DNA of 64,000 nt. Origin: Selaginella moellendorffii (lineage: Eukaryota; Plantae; Lycopodiophyta). This document shows positions 49,660 to 62,075 of the stretch, in pieces. Location: contig NW_003314264.1 in assembly GCF_000143415.4 (NCBI RefSeq), positions 3,771,229-3,835,228 on the forward strand. Reading direction: 5' to 3'. Position numbers and translations under genes: made by a program. How positions within the stretch are numbered: position 1 is the stretch's first letter; each line of letters begins with the position of its first letter. Below the pieces are notes generated by a model, which worked only from the letters and a program-made list of their open reading frames with translations, made no database searches and was not told the DNA's origin.

Positions 49660-52600
49660 TGGTGGAGTGGCAATGCCATCAATTCGTGTGTGAAACAAAG
49701 ACGCAATTTCCTGCAGCTCCATCCCCCAAGAAGGTAGAGCTTGCTGCCCAGAGCCTGGCACACGAATACCCATGCCTTTGGTGAGGAGGAATCCAGTGCC
49801 ACTGGGTATCAACCTCTTATCGTCCAAGACTTGTCTGGCTCTGGAGTCTGGCGAATAGTTGATGATCAACTGCGAAAGGAGCAGCGCAAATTTCCCGCAC
49901 AGGGAAGCGTGCTGGATCGATGAGCTAAGCACCGGCAATGCACATTCTTCTTGCTATCACTATATGCCCGGTTTGGGCATATTGACAAGGAGATCAACGC
50001 CTTTCACTCGATTCAGGATCCCAATGTCTTCTCCTGGAAAATCCTTTTTCTTTTGCAGGAGAGGAAGTTTTTCGATGAGAAGCTCGTCCTACTAGACACC
50101 AAGACGTTGTGTGAGCTCAAGTTGGCAGCCGAACGCCTTGAGATGGACTTGACCAGTCGACTCTAGCTCGGATGATGGAAGGAAAGTCACCGAAAGAGAT
50201 CCGGACTGCCAGACGATCTAACTTAAGTAGGAAGCTAATGTTATAGATCTCTAACAGGCATGAAGTTTTGTGACTACTCATTAAAGAGCTTGCGAACTGA
50301 TTAATTCCTGCTCGGCTGTGGACAAGGAATGCATTTTTCTGGGGAGCTTTATCCAGATTGGAGATGTAGACATGGTGGCGTCGTTTAAATTGCAGCACAG
50401 CATGAGATGAAGCCAAAGAAAGGTTTGATCGATAAGAAGGATCAAATCTCATGAACACAATGTTAGAAGCATCAAATTCATGATCACGGCTCTTTCTCCC
50501 CAAGGTGGATATTGTGAAAAGCCTTGCTCTTTCAATCCGCTTAGGACCACCAAAACTACAACACAAGTCCGTCCACAAGCCATCCAGCAGGCTGTTCCCC
50601 TCCTGCTACTAGCGACAACTAATTAAGTTGCTTCGTTTCTTCTTCCCCTTTTTTAGCTGCCACTTAGCTCAAGTTTAGGTTGAAGGTCGGACGAGATGTC
50701 TTGCGGCCCGGTCCACTCTGCCCAGGTGAGAAATAAGCGAGTAAAGAAAGTGAACCTGTTTGCAACGAGAGGTATGATCAACGATAAAAGAAAGGCTAGT
50801 GGCAATCAAGAATTCGTGTTGAAACTCTCAACGTTTGAAGACGATTGCAACGCGAAAAGGAGCCAAATGATATGCTCAAACAACTCAAACAAGCAAAGTA
50901 CAAAACAAGGGCCAAGGAACTCTCAACGCGAAGGGAAACTCACCGATGTGGACAATACGAACGATCATTGAAAGTTGACGATACTTAGCTTCAGGTTTGC
51001 GTGTGTTTCAATTAGTTCTAATTTCTAGTCATGAAGAGGCCAAGTGACCTGCTGAACGACGATAAGAACTGGAAAACGCCATGTCGCAGCGTGCCAAGAA
51101 GAAAAATGCTACGAGATTGGAGAGATTTTGTGTCAACGTGTTTGTCAACTCTTTGAGTTATGTTGTTGTTGCGCTCAACGCAAGACCTGCGAGCTGAGAA
51201 ACAACGTTGCCTGTGATCTTCAGAACCTCAATCCAGCTGAAGACGTACATGACAATTGTCCAACCTCAAAGATCAACTCGTATACTGTTTGTTCTGTTTG
51301 CTGTTCAACGAAATGGACATCAGGTTCGTTAACTGTTTGTTCAACGAACTGGACAACGCCCGAAAACAAGTCACGGTCCGGGAGCAAGGGTGAATGAGGG
51401 CTAGAGGCTTCAACCTTCCAGGTCTATGTTCTCTATTAACTTCTTTTTGTTTTTGCAATGCCATGAGATTGCAACGGTGCCATAGAACAACGTTAGATAG
51501 AAGCTTACGCTGTGGCAGTGGCAAAACCAGACGATCTACACAAAGCTACCCTGTGGTTTCCTTGAAAAGAAATGAATACATTTACAAAGTTGCAAGTAGT
51601 TTTGTCAAAAAACGCGAAAGTAGCTTGTGAGCTTCCCAGAGACGAGCGTCTGGGCGTACTCAAGAGCTCGTTAAACCTCCTGTAGCTGTCCGAGCTTGAA
51701 GACCTTAGCTCGGTAGTGGATTCTCATGCCTTGTTCCAGAGCTTTCAGTTTGATCATCTTCCCACCAATGAGTCTCAGCCGCTAGAGCCGAGCAAGCCTT
51801 GATGGACGCGAAGAAAGTCCCGGAATCCGGTGCAGAGACCTGGATTTCCATCCATGAGAGATTCTATGCCATTCTGTGCGTGTCCCAAGATGAAAGCATT
51901 CCAGGCCACTACATTGTGGCAAGGCATCCTGTCAAACACCCTCCTCGCCTCAACCAGGCTGCCACACCTCCCATACAAGCCGATCAAGCTGCACGAAACG
52001 TAGAGATTGGAGCAAACCCCCCTCTGGATGGCGCTCTAGCTCAACCCTGAAAGGAGCTCCTCTGAGCAGTCTGTGCTGTGACCCTTGTCCCAATCTGTGG
52101 CAGTACCTGTGGAGCGCGGGTCGAAGGAAATGCATCCATCCGTCGAGCGCCAAAAGAATCTTTTGTCGAAGAGCCCTAAAATTCCGAAGAGCCGAAGGCA
52201 CTGTAGCTGATAGGATTCGAACCTTGGACTTGTGATTTGTGCGCCTGACACCCCTACCAAATGGTCTAGGGCTTTTTAGTGAGCCAGCGAACATGAAGTA
52301 GTGGTATTTATTGCGAAGAATTTTTTTTACTAAAGTCCTTGTTGATTGGACTCTTCGGCCGCCTCGAACCCGGGTCATCTACTTCCGGTCCACCTCTACA
52401 CTTACCTGATAACCAATTCCCCAGCAACCGGGTTCGCATTATTTTATTATCATACCTTGTACTTAACCCATACAAGGCCAATGTTAATGTTCTTCCTTTC
52501 CCGCGCGAGACGCCGCTGCCATTGGGCCTGCCGACAAGGGCTTCAGAGCCCATCGTGAGCAGCGTCGTCCAGGTGAAGCTTTGCTTGGCCTAGCCCGGGC

Positions 52601-52730
52601 TTATGCCACAAGCAGCACATTCCACGACACGAGGCGGCATCGGGAAGGAGGTGTTTGATCGGAACCTTGTGGCGTGGAACACGCTGCTTGCTGCATACTC
52701 GAAGCAGGGGCTTGTGGGTTGGAATGCAAT
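49660..52730. pseudogene. Cluster of disabled gene fragments: Kelch, PPR (three) and SKP1-like (ASK20/21 type)
   Basis: Kelch FVCQALGSKLYLLGG (minus, ~49720-49770). PPR LYARFGHID...PNVFSW (plus, 49950-50045). SKP1 ERKFFDEKLVLLDTKTLCEL...DLTSR/LARMMEGKSPKEIR (plus, 50059-50205). PPR LYGRCGSLVEARRVFDRM (minus, 51870-52030). PPR RNLVAWNTLLAAY (plus, ~52650-52720). Confidence 0.75.
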
Positions 52731-53529
52731 TCAGACACAGCTTTGTGTCACGGTGATAGTGCTTTGCTCCACTCAAATCCGGCCTCACACAGTGGTGCTT
52801 GAGCTCCCGGGGAATTTGCTCGGGGCCTTTTTCCCAGCCTCGCTAGCGTGTCTTCTAAGCACGTCCTCACACCCAGATTCAAACCGATTCGAGCGTTGAC
52901 CTCAGAAATCCTCCCTTTTCATGCCGTCGGCGAAGTTCCTGGGATCCATCTCCAGCTGCCCAGACAGTCGTCTCCGCTGCTCTTGAAACAACCTTGGATC
53001 CTGGCCGCTTCCCGGAACAAAACTTCCACTCACGTTTGCCAAAGGAAGAACCGCTGCTGCCGCTGTTCCTGGAAAGCCTTGCGATCCATACACTAGTGGC
53101 TGAGTGGCCTCTACAGCTTCTCCCTGTCCCCCGACTCCTCTCCTCCAAGTCCTCCAAAGTCTAGAGTTAAGATCCTTTCCTGGCATGAAATGTTGCTGGT
53201 TGGCTGGAATAGACCATGAGAAACATTGTTGACGCTGTGGAGGCTCCCAAAGGAAGACTGTAAGATCGGCTTGAGAAAACCAGGAACTAGCTGAGACATC
53301 TTTGATTGTTCTCCAGCGTCATGGACACTATCAGTGGTGGCCATGTTTTGAGCTGCCAGCTGCTGATAATTCTCCCACTCCCACTCTGATAGACGATGAG
53401 CCCCTGGATGCCTTGAACTTATAGTGTCAGTGCCGCCGACTATGACGCTTGATCCACCACCTGTTCGATGGCATGCCCGAGAGGAGCCTCGTGTCGTGGT
53501 CGGCGATGCTAGTGGTGTTTGCAAAGAGT

Positions 53530-53942
53530 GGCTGCGTAGATGATGCCACAAGGCTGTTCGATGCAATGCAGATAGCCATGATCACTGGGCCAAGCTCTGT
53601 TTGCACGACACGGCAAGGGTGACGAGCCTCCCGGAGCAGGACATGTTCTCTTGGGATGCCCTCCTAGCCCCACTGCAGGCGGTGTCGACACTGATATTGG
53701 GACCCGATATCAGTGTCAGTGGTGGTTTCCTCCACCAGGCCAAGAGACTCTCTGACAGAGTGCTGGATTGAAGCGTGACGCTGTGGACGTTGGCCTCCAG
53801 GTCTGCATTCCTGGGCTGGTGTCTGCGGCGCCCAAGGCTGAAAAGCTAGTGCTGTGTGAGATGCATCACCCCTCCTGGGTCCATTCTAAAACCAGGAAGC
53901 AAGTTTTGTTTGTGACTGATGTTGGTGACCATGGGCAATGAA
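53530..53942 (+). repeat. Copy 2 of the ~430-bp direct repeat
   Basis: Aligns to 47973-48429 with several indels. Preceded by a PPR motif remnant LFDGMPERSLVSWSAML. Confidence 0.9.
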
Positions 53943-54634
53943 TTGTAAGTCAACCTGCACTATGACATACCTCTCACGGACATTAGAATCCTCTTGGACT
54001 AGCATTTAAGAACCTGGAAACTATTCCTTGTGCACACAAGGTAGATCCAGCAACCTACACTTGGCTATACAGGATACTCCTCATGATGAGGACTATCCTG
54101 TATAGGCAAGCTGTAGGGAGCTTGATGCATGGCTTAGGACTTTGCACTGCCGTGAGGTGCTTGCATTTGGTTTGGCACATGGCCAACATTGTTGGACGAT
54201 GAAGCGTTCAATCGCTTGAGTCAAATTCCTGTTTCCCCTTCCGTAGTCTAGCATTCTCACGCTGGAGGTTGGCCTAGCAAAATCGGCTTGCTCTCGCCCT
54301 GATCTCCCAACCCTAACTAATGGATCCAATCTGGATATTCTACACGAACTTTGCTTGCTTTGAGAGTCCGAGCCTTCCTCCTCAAGAAGCACATTCTGGA
54401 CCTTCTCCATGAGCTAATAGCTTCTTAATCCGCCCCATTCCTGGGACTTTAGCAGAAGGCCCTAGATAAATGCATGTCCACTTTCGACAGAAGAGACCAT
54501 AGCAACCATCCTTGAAGCTCTTGTTAAACCTTCAATGTCTCCAGCTGCCAAGCCAAACATCAAAACATTCACATAGGTCGTTCCAACGAAATCCCGCCGT
54601 TTTCCTCTCATTTCAAATTTCAAAAACTCTGCTT

Positions 54635-56479
54635 TTAGGATTCTTCGCTTGTCATGAGCTCCAAGAAGGCCGCCATTTGCTGCCCGCCATCGCCGCCCAT
54701 CCTCTGGAGCTTCCAATTCCCTCCAATTCCCCCCTCTCCCCTGGCCTTCCTCGTGAGCCCCATCTCTTTCATCCGGCTCCTCACGAGCTCCCTATCCTCC
54801 ATCTTCCCAGCGGCCGCGTAGATGTTGGAGAGCACTATGTGCGAGGCGGCGCTCTGGGGATCTAGATCATGGAGCCGCTGCGCCGCCACCGCGGCATTCT
54901 CGACTGCCCGGTGGATCCGAAAAGAACCTAGCAACGATCCCCATGCCCTGGCGTCCGGCTCGAATGGCATGCTCTCTATCAGATCCATCGCTCGCCCAAG
55001 ATGTCCCAATCGCCCCAGGATGTCCATCATGAGGTTCCAGTGCTCCACCGCCGGCTGGATCCCGTGCTCCGCCGCCATGCCCGTGAAGTATCCCCAGCTC
55101 GCTTCGATCCGCCCAGCGTGATTGCATGCAACGAGCGCGTTCGTGAAGGAGATATGATCGTGCCCAATCCCCTCCACATCCATCCGGGCGAAGATCTCCA
55201 GCGCCAGATCGCCCCTGCCGCAGTGCGCGCACGCTGCCATGATCGCATTCCACGCCACCACATCCCTCTCCTCAATCAACTCGAAAGCCCTTGCCGCGCC
55301 CGCGAGGTTCCCACTCTGGGCATACGCCTGGATGAGCGCCGTGGCGGCGATGGCGTCCCTGTCTGGCATCGCGTAGAAGATGTGCTCCGCGCTGGGGAGA
55401 TCGCCATTCTCGGCGAATCCCATCAGCATCGCGTTCCACACGACGCGGTCCTTCTCGGGCACAGCCGCGAATAGAGCCCTAGCTTCTTCTAGATGCCCTA
55501 ATTGGGCATATGCTACAAGCATGGCCGTCCAAGATACCACTGTTCTTTGGGGCATAGAATCGAACACCCAACGTGCCGAGTCCACCTCGTTTGAGAGAAC
55601 GTACCCATGCAAGAGTACCGTCCACGTAATGACGTTCGCGTATGGCATTGAATCAAACACTGCTTTTGCTTCCCCCAGATGCCTCCTCGCGGCAAATAAC
55701 TGAAGAACACTTGTCCAAGAGACGATGTTCCTCTCGGGCATACATTCGTAGAGATGTTTGGTGTAATCGAGTTCTCCATGGCGTGACATCGCAGCGATCA
55801 TTGAGTTGTAGCTCACGAGGCTCCGGACAGGCATAGATTGGAAGAACGTTTTAGTATCGCGCAGATCCCCAGAGAGCGTAAAGCCCTGGAGCATCACGGT
55901 CCAGGAGACGACGTTCCTCTCGGGCATGGCATCGAACAGCGCCTTGGCGGGCGCGAATTGCCCGCCAGCGACGAACGCCTGGAGCATCGACGTCCAGGAG
56001 ACGATGTCGCGGACAATCATCTGATCGAAGATCCCTTTGGATCCCTCCAGGCAGGCGTTCTGGGTGTAGGCAGCGATCATCGCGTTCCAGGCGGGGGTGC
56101 TCCAGCCCGGCATCCGATCGAAGAGCCGCTTGGCGCTCTCGATATCCTTGTTCTGTGCGAGAGCGCCGATCATGGTCGTCCAGGAGAAGAGATTGGGGGC
56201 TTTGATCTCCCGGAACACCGCCAGCGCCTCGCCCGCGCTCTCGCACTTGCCATACATCTGCACAAGGAGATTGGCGAGGAAGCAGTCGTCGTGGAGCTCG
56301 CTGTGCCGGATCCGAGCGTGGACGCTCCTCCCCCGGTGGAGATCCTTGCAGTCGCCGCAGGATCTGATCAGCGCCGCGAAGAAGATCTGCGTAGATTCGC
56401 CGCTCGGCTTTGATGGAAGATCTTTGCCATCGCTCCTCTTCCTCGTCTCAAGCGCACCGCCGGCCCCAATCGCGGCCAT
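54635..56479 (-). CDS. PLS-class PPR protein with E1/E2, no DYW
   Basis: 614-aa intronless ORF. SS-type repeats, HWNLMMDILGRLG, MPFEPDARAWGSLL, VLSNIYAAAG. Confidence 0.93.
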   Translation of the reverse strand: MAAIGAGGALETRKRSDGKDLPSKPSGESTQIFFAALIRSCGDCKDLHRGRSVHARIRHSELHDDCFLANLLVQMYGKCESAGEALAVFREIKAPNLFSWTTMIGALAQNKDIESAKRLFDRMPGWSTPAWNAMIAAYTQNACLEGSKGIFDQMIVRDIVSWTSMLQAFVAGGQFAPAKALFDAMPERNVVSWTVMLQGFTLSGDLRDTKTFFQSMPVRSLVSYNSMIAAMSRHGELDYTKHLYECMPERNIVSWTSVLQLFAARRHLGEAKAVFDSMPYANVITWTVLLHGYVLSNEVDSARWVFDSMPQRTVVSWTAMLVAYAQLGHLEEARALFAAVPEKDRVVWNAMLMGFAENGDLPSAEHIFYAMPDRDAIAATALIQAYAQSGNLAGAARAFELIEERDVVAWNAIMAACAHCGRGDLALEIFARMDVEGIGHDHISFTNALVACNHAGRIEASWGYFTGMAAEHGIQPAVEHWNLMMDILGRLGHLGRAMDLIESMPFEPDARAWGSLLGSFRIHRAVENAAVAAQRLHDLDPQSAASHIVLSNIYAAAGKMEDRELVRSRMKEMGLTRKARGEGGIGGNWKLQRMGGDGGQQMAAFLELMTSEES

Positions 56480-56558
56480 TCTCCTTTGCGCGCAAATTCA
56501 AATTCAAAATCATTTAATAAAGAGCCATAGTCAGCCCTAGCCTTGTGCCGTTGACTTG

Positions 56559-58280
56559 TTACAACCGTTGACTTGTTACGTGGATGTTGGACAGCACCAA
56601 GTAGGGAGCCGGATCGCGGTCCTCGGCCATTGACTCGACCACGCTCTTCCCACCGGTTGGGTCTCCGTTGACTCCACAAGCTCCCACCGCCATTGTCAAC
56701 GCCACGGAGCTCGGCTCAAACGGCATGGCGTGGACCAAGTCCGCGGCTTCCTCGGCTTGCCCAGCCCGACCCAGGAGATCGATCATGCACAAGTAGTGCT
56801 CGCAAGTTGGTGCGATTGAGAAGCTCTGGGCAATGTCTGCAAAGTAACTCAACCCTCGGCTCAAGCTCCCGAGGTGGCTGCACGCCGCGAGCACACTCGT
56901 AAATGTGATATCATCAGCGGTTACGCCGTCGAGGTTCATGAGGTGGAATAGATCCAGTGCGGATGCGGCATGCCCGTGCTGTGCGTACGCGGCCAGCATC
57001 GCGTTCCATGTAACAAAGCCCTTAGCCGGCATCGCGTTGAAGATCTCCCTTGCTTGATCCAGATCCCCGCATTTGCCATACATGTTTACCAGGGATGTTG
57101 CCACGGTCACGTCCAGGACGGCCACCTTGGTCGTCGCTACCAGGTGGTCGTGGATGGCTTTGCCGACGATCAGAGCCCAGGACCAGCACGCGCAGGCATT
57201 CAGGGCGCTGATGAACGTTATCCTGTTAGGCGCTGGATCGCTTGCCAGGTCCATGAGTCGGAAGAGGTGAATGGCCTCCTCGTTCCCGTGCTGTGCGTAT
57301 CCCGAGATCATGGAGTTCCACGAGGCCGTGTTCTTGTTCGGAGTGAGATTAAACACCACCTTCGCTTCTTCCAAATGCCCGTTTGTGGCATATGCGGCAG
57401 CCATAGCATTCCAAGATACAACGTTTCTTCTTGGCATTTCATCGAAAGCGTTTCTAGCTTCCTCCAGATACCCAAATTCTCCAAGCGCGGCTATAATCGT
57501 TGTCCACGAGTAGACATCCTTTGAAGGCAGCAACTCAAAAAACAATTTTGCCTCGTCTAGATACCCTGATTGGGCATACACTGCAAGCATTGCGTTCCAA
57601 GTAATCACATTCTTGTGAGGCATTCTGTCAAATGTCTGTTTTGCCGAATCCACTCTACCAAGATTTCCGTACATGGTGACAATTGCAGTGCTGACAATAA
57701 CAAGATCTTCCATCCCGGATTCAGCCACAAGCCCGTGAACGATCCGGCCTTGCCGGATCGATTCACACGCCTCGAGCGCGCTCAGGAACGTGAACTGATT
57801 TGCGCGGACGCCGTCGAGATCCATGAGCGCGAGAAGCAGTAGCGCTCCATCGCCATGACCGCGCCGGGCATACGCCGCGATCAGGATGTTCCACGACACC
57901 TCGTCCCTGGCGGGGATTTGATCGAAGACGAGCTTGGCACGTGGGTAGTCTTCGTTGTGGGCGTACGCCGTGAGCAAGAGATTCCATGAGTAGATGTTGC
58001 GCTCTTCCATGGAAGTGAAGATCTGGAGGGCCTCGTCCAGGCGCCCACACCGGCCATACATCTGGACGAGGAGATTTTGGAGGAGAGTGTTCTTGCCATG
58101 GCCGTCGCTGAGAATGCGTTCGTGGACAATTCGACCTTGATCCAGCGCCCTGGCGCTGATACACTGGCGGAGGAGATGGGTCAGTGTGGAGCAATCCGGG
58201 CGATTGAGCCGCGCGATCGCCTGAGATAACCGGGAGATTTCGGCATCGCGATTCGATCCATCTGGGCACGAGCATCTCAT
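56559..58280 (-). CDS. PLS-class PPR protein with E domain, no DYW
   Basis: Intronless ORF, first ATG at 58280. P-L-S and SS motifs, HYLCMIDLLGRAG, MPFEP, PYLVLSNI. Confidence 0.92.
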   Translation of the reverse strand: MRCSCPDGSNRDAEISRLSQAIARLNRPDCSTLTHLLRQCISARALDQGRIVHERILSDGHGKNTLLQNLLVQMYGRCGRLDEALQIFTSMEERNIYSWNLLLTAYAHNEDYPRAKLVFDQIPARDEVSWNILIAAYARRGHGDGALLLLALMDLDGVRANQFTFLSALEACESIRQGRIVHGLVAESGMEDLVIVSTAIVTMYGNLGRVDSAKQTFDRMPHKNVITWNAMLAVYAQSGYLDEAKLFFELLPSKDVYSWTTIIAALGEFGYLEEARNAFDEMPRRNVVSWNAMAAAYATNGHLEEAKVVFNLTPNKNTASWNSMISGYAQHGNEEAIHLFRLMDLASDPAPNRITFISALNACACWSWALIVGKAIHDHLVATTKVAVLDVTVATSLVNMYGKCGDLDQAREIFNAMPAKGFVTWNAMLAAYAQHGHAASALDLFHLMNLDGVTADDITFTSVLAACSHLGSLSRGLSYFADIAQSFSIAPTCEHYLCMIDLLGRAGQAEEAADLVHAMPFEPSSVALTMAVGACGVNGDPTGGKSVVESMAEDRDPAPYLVLSNIHVTSQRL

Positions 58281-58851
58281 GTAGTAGCTCCTCAAATCAA
58301 GTTTCCCTGGACCAGGATTTCTTCGACAGGCTGAGCGGCAACTGACGCGCCTTGAGTGATCGTTCTCGCGAGCGAATTGATGAACTGATGATCGATTTCA
58401 TGACGTTGATTTTCAGATCCAGATATTCCCTCAAAATGTGTGAAATGCATTACCATTCGGCAAATTTGCGTTTTCACCAAAGAGAACGAACTGAGGGCTT
58501 AAATAAACTAAGAAAGGGATTGTGAAGAGAGAGAGATTTATAATCAGGAGGTCGAGTTGCAGCGCTGGACATGTGTTGGTCCCCAGTCAAAAGAGGTGGT
58601 ACGATCGAGGTTGTTTTATGGTTTTTGTCTATTAACTCTCATTCTATTCTATTTTATGTTTATAAATTGTAAATATGTTTCTAACTATTGCTGGCTGAGA
58701 TAAAAATAAATCTTCAAAAATGTTCTGATTAATCTATGTAATATTAGATGGTTTGCTTAAGAAAACAAAAATATTTAAATGAACAAGCAAATACTTTGTT
58801 TTGGGAGGATTGATTTTGATTTATTTTGATTTTATTAAAAATAAACCACAT

Positions 58852-59950
58852 TTATGCAGCAAGAGAAATAAGAATTTCTCGCTTCTTAGATGTGCATTTC
58901 TGCCTCGAGTGTAACACAGCAGAGTTATCCACGAGGAGAATGTCACCTTTCTCCCATGAGAACACCACCTCTTCCTCGAGCATTATCTCCACGAGTTCCT
59001 CGGCAGTTTCATCCTGAAGCAGTGTTCCATCCTCAAACTTGATTGTCGACTTTGGAAAGTCCTCCTTCTGCATCTTGTTGAACTCCAGAAACGTTCCAAT
59101 GCTGGTGAAGATCGCCATCCTTCCAGCGCTATCTTTTTTAAACAATGGCTGTAAGGGCTGGCTCTCGAGAATTGCTTCGCCTTTGGGGAGCCAAGTTAGA
59201 GTCATGTTCTGCTTCATGGCACTGGAACACGAAAGTTAGGTAGAAAATCACAAGCATCTCGATCCTGTCGGAAGAATTTGCTTACTTGGTCTCGGCGGTC
59301 TGCTTGTCCTGGGCCGAGAAATGCATCCTCCAAGCTTTGTTGTTGAGATAGGAGTAGGTTACAACACGGCCTTTGTTGAGAAGTTGCTCCGCCAAGTGAT
59401 TTCTCTCGAGAACTCGCTTGTACACTACGTGTCCTGGTACAATTGGAGTGGCTCCTCTAGTCCCAGGCTCCGGAGGCTTTGCGGCAAAAAATGCGATCTT
59501 TGAAGGGGGTTTCTTGAGCTAAGAACACAAAGAAAGAGCTATTTGATTAAGAGCAAACAAAGAGACCAAGTTACTCACATAAGCTGCCTCATTGTGGTAA
59601 CCAACGTACCAATCCATGGGAAGATCGTTAGCGGTGAGAACCTTTCCATGGACCCTCTTTCGATTGGCCAGTCCACCTAGCTCCATGTAGTTGTATTCCT
59701 CCCATCCCAGGGCATCGATTATGGAGTCAAGCTCCTGCGCTGTCCACACGTCGAAACCTCGCAGCAAAACCGCGCCACTTTGGATTAGCCATTCTTCCAG
59801 CTGCGATCGTTGCTCCTCGATTAGCAGCGCTCTAGCGAGGGCTCCAGCGTCCTTGGAAGATTCGTGGGCCGGAGCGAGGACGAGCGGAAATGGGGATCCA
59901 TCGTCGAGCTTCTTTTGGAAAGAGAAGGATAATTGTGAGAAGGAAGACAT
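58852..59950 (-). CDS. TauD/clavaminate synthase-like 2-oxoglutarate Fe(II) dioxygenase, multi-exon
   Basis: PFPLVL, GAVLLRGF, YHNE (HxE), WEKGDILLVDNSAVLHSR. Confidence 0.9.
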
Positions 59951-60418
59951 TGAGCTGCCCGAGGGATTAAACGGAAATGACGATGGCTAGGTAACAACTG
60001 TAATTTATTCCTATTTGAATATACTTTGGATATTCTAAATTGCAATACTTTGCAGTAGGGATAAGATGATTTTTTAAAATAATATCTTAAATAGTATATA
60101 ATAATTTTGTTATTTTTGTTGGTTCTGATACTAATAATACAAGTCAATAAGTGAAGAGTTTTCTTTGAGACTAACAGAAATTAATAAAGAAACTTTCAAT
60201 AATTATAGTAATTTCCTAATAGAGGTTTTAGTTCAAAATTCAACAGCTATTAGCATAGTAAATATACTTATCTAGGTGTATTATGGATGCATTTTGATTG
60301 TGGCATGCTGATTAATATCTTACTCAGTAAGTGTTACATCTCTAAATAAAGTAACGGATATATAAATTATGGCTTAAACTAATTAGTCTTTAAAACTTAT
60401 ATATTTGAAAATCAAGCG

Positions 60419-62075
60419 TGTGAGTGTGTGCATAAAATATGGAAAGGGAATACAAAAAATGTGCATATCAATTAGCCCAAAAACCTAATTTATATATAAA
60501 AGCAAATGGTCCGGATTGAAACCAATCTGATGGGTATTAAAATCCCACTATGCTAATATTAGTATACAATTGATATATGCAATAAGATGGTCATGACCAA
60601 GCATACTTAAACTTTCTTATATCACCATACCTTTAAGACCAATATCAAAAGTATTCATGTGTAAAATGAAAGGTCAAGTGTAGTCAGAATAAGCTAAAAC
60701 TAGAGGAGTTGTTAATAGTTCTTTGAGATTTATAAACACCCGTTCAGACAAATGAAAGATGAGGTTGACAACTTCAACAATACTCATAACAGTGCAATGC
60801 AATCAAAAACATGATTAACACAATGACTAAGATATTGCACCTTTCCCAGGAAGTGCTACATATCATTCCCACACTTTGGAGTAGGGAACTTTAAAACAAC
60901 CACAAGTTTGTCAAAATTAACTTGTAAACCCTCATGAGAAATATAATACCCAAGATAAGTTGTGTCTTTGGACTTAAACACGCACTTCGACCACTTCAAC
61001 TTTAAAACAACTTTCCATAGCTGATTCAACACTTTATAAACATCATGGATGTGTTCCTTCCATGTCCCCTTTGAGTGGATTAAAATATTATCGATGAAGT
61101 TAGCAATCACCTCCGGTATATCGTAAAGAACCTCGTCTATCATCTGCTGGTAAGTTGTTAGAGCATTGTTCAAACCAAATGGCATCACCAAAAACTTGTA
61201 TAAACCAAATGGTGTGTGAAAAGAAGCCTTAGAAATATCTTCTTCAACTATCGGTATTTACCAGTACCTGACCTTGCACGAATAAGTATATGACCCATTC
61301 ATCTTTCTTTCAAGAGTATCATTAAGGGGTTTACTCGGCACTAGTTTATTCAGTGTTTATTTTCCAAGGTCATTTTTATAACAAGGTCTTCTATTATTCT
61401 CTTTGTGTTAGTTGATACAAATTTGAGTTTATCTTTTATTGCTTGACCTGTTGCCACATGTTGCCGTTAGCATTTGCATCATGTGATAAATCAAGTTTTC
61501 ATTCTTTATAGCAAAGGCCATACACATGCATGTACATGGGATGAGGTAGATTTGGTTGTGCATGTAGGTGGTCTTAAACTTGAGTTGTAGTCTGGTGTCA
61601 AATTAAGCTTTTGACTTTATCCTTGGCATAGATTGGTTGCAACACAATCATACCAAGTGTGACTTTGAGGTTTCTCCCCTTTGTTTCGTACTTCTTGATA
61701 TTTCTTCTATTCCTCTCACTTTTATACCTCTTTGTCCCTTTACTTTTACCTCTGCTTCTATCACTTTTGTCTCCCCCTTAATTCCTCCTATGTTTTTGTT
61801 TTGTTCCTCTCTTTCCTTTTCTAATCCCTCTGACGGTTTTTTTGTTATAGCGGTTGACCGACTCATGAAAAAATATGCCGATCTCTTTGAATTTGATTTA
61901 TCATTTGGGGCTAAGATTGCAACATGTCATCCTATTCCAATTGGGGATGCTTGTTTAATAAAGGTTCTTATTCATTGTTGGTCACGCAAAGAGATCAAGA
62001 TTTTACATGCAAATGTCAAAGAGATGTTGGAAAAGGGAGTTATTCAGAAGTTGCAGAATCCTTGGGTATGTGACT
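60419..62075. mobile_element. Rearranged, decayed copy of the 33002-38001 gypsy family
   Basis: Truncated LTR at 60419-~60568 joins directly to RNase H/RT on minus (to ~61269). An inverted gag-end/protease/RT-start segment follows on plus (61270-62075). Confidence 0.85.
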
